Shown in pieces: positions 63,167 through 64,000 of a DNA stretch of 64,000 nucleotides (the first letter of the stretch is position 1; the number at the start of each line of letters is the position of its first letter). The stretch is from an uncultured Methanoregulaceae archaeon. GTDB lineage: Archaea; Halobacteriota; Methanomicrobia; Methanomicrobiales; Methanospirillaceae. Below the pieces are notes generated by a model, which was not told where the DNA came from, ran no database searches, and saw only the letters and a list, made by a program, of their open reading frames with translations. The DNA lies in NCBI GenBank assembly GCA_963841015.1, contig CAWJAX010000005.1, positions 192,001-256,000 of the forward strand, read 5' to 3'. The position numbers were made by a program, and so were the translations under genes.

Positions 63167-63787
63167 TCAATGTGAGAACAGCAGGCGCGACAGGTAGTAT
63201 GCTCCAAAAAGCATAAGAAAAATTCCGCAGAGAGCAATGATTTTCTGGTATGACGTGTCAGAAACAATCGTCCTTCCTTTGGATACGCCAGTTGAAACCA
63301 GCGTTAACCATACGATATCTGAAGACCAGTGCCCGATCATAAGGGCTCCAACAAGCACCAGTCCACCCTGGAGGCCTGCAATAATCATTGCACTCCCTAT
63401 TGAGAGCCACCAGATCCAGAAGTACGGGTTTGCCGCACTGGTAACAAATCCTGCCATATAGGGGTTGGCAACCGTTTGGGTAGAAGTTGTTCTCAGAGTT
63501 GCCTTCCTGCTTCCTGCGATAGTCAGCGCCCCATATGCAATCAGCGCAATCCCGCCAATTCCTGCAATTGCTGAGGTGTAGGGAAGTGCAACCGACGCCA
63601 ATCCCATAAAGATCAGGAAAACAAGAAAAAGTTCCATGATTACATGGCCAAGAGAGACTTTCAACCCGGTCGTCCAGTCACCGGCTATCGATGCGTTGAT
63701 GGTTGCAACCAGCGTTGGACCTGGCGCGAGCGCACCAGTCAGACCGATCACAAATCCGAGGATAAACATCTGGAATATTTCAAACAT
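63167..63787 (-). CDS. LysE-family exporter
   Basis: GALAPGP, LGH, SAANPYFWIWW; six TM helices. Confidence 0.9.
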   Translation of the reverse strand: MFEIFQMFILGFVIGLTGALAPGPTLVATINASIAGDWTTGLKVSLGHVIMELFLVFLIFMGLASVALPYTSAIAGIGGIALIAYGALTIAGSRKATLRTTSTQTVANPYMAGFVTSAANPYFWIWWLSIGSAMIIAGLQGGLVLVGALMIGHWSSDIVWLTLVSTGVSKGRTIVSDTSYQKIIALCGIFLMLFGAYYLSRLLFSH

Positions 63788-63926
63788 GGGAGGATCCTCG
63801 GATATTTCGCAATGCTAACTTCATCTGAAAAGAATATCAATCATTCACCATCAGCCAGCCTGACTTCCGGAATATTGCGATGTCAGGATAAAACCCTATA
63901 TTTTGTTCGTAACCAATATACTATTC

Positions 63927-64000
63927 ATGCTCGATGCACAGCAGATAACACTCCGGTTTCTAGAGACCAAGCTGCAGGTGCATCCCGATGTCGTGCGCTA
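63927..64000 (+). CDS. Start of a gene cut by the window edge, possibly DNA polymerase D small subunit (DP1)
   Basis: MLDAQQITLRFLETKLQVHPDVVR; resemblance recalled from memory, plus the common sec11-DP1 neighbourhood; only 24 codons visible. Confidence 0.4.
   Translation, partial: MLDAQQITLRFLETKLQVHPDVVR

Overview
Archaeal chromosomal DNA from a hydrogenotrophic methanogen, most consistent with Methanomicrobiales (Methanoregula-like). Evidence: thermosome, rpl37e/Sm, tfrAB, archaeal ribC/ribH, two cofH, the argC-CBS-argJ-argB cluster and archaeal TATA boxes. Most of the window is housekeeping (purine, arginine, riboflavin, thiamine-family and F420 synthesis, redox-stress proteins, two tRNAs). 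An accessory surface-protein block at about 17.4-30.5 kb holds the most interesting locus, a four-gene SipW-dependent TasA-like fibre operon (23811-27336). It encodes a major subunit, a dedicated SipW peptidase, a Kelch-like adhesin that shares only the N-terminal donor strand (with a recently expanded 135-bp repeat), and a membrane-anchored TasA-fold protein lacking the donor strand. Together these predict a tip-shaft-base donor-strand pilus in a methanogen. At least eight genes carry single frameshifts, probably consensus errors. No CRISPR array, rRNA or transposase was recognised. All product calls come from motif recognition, not database searches.
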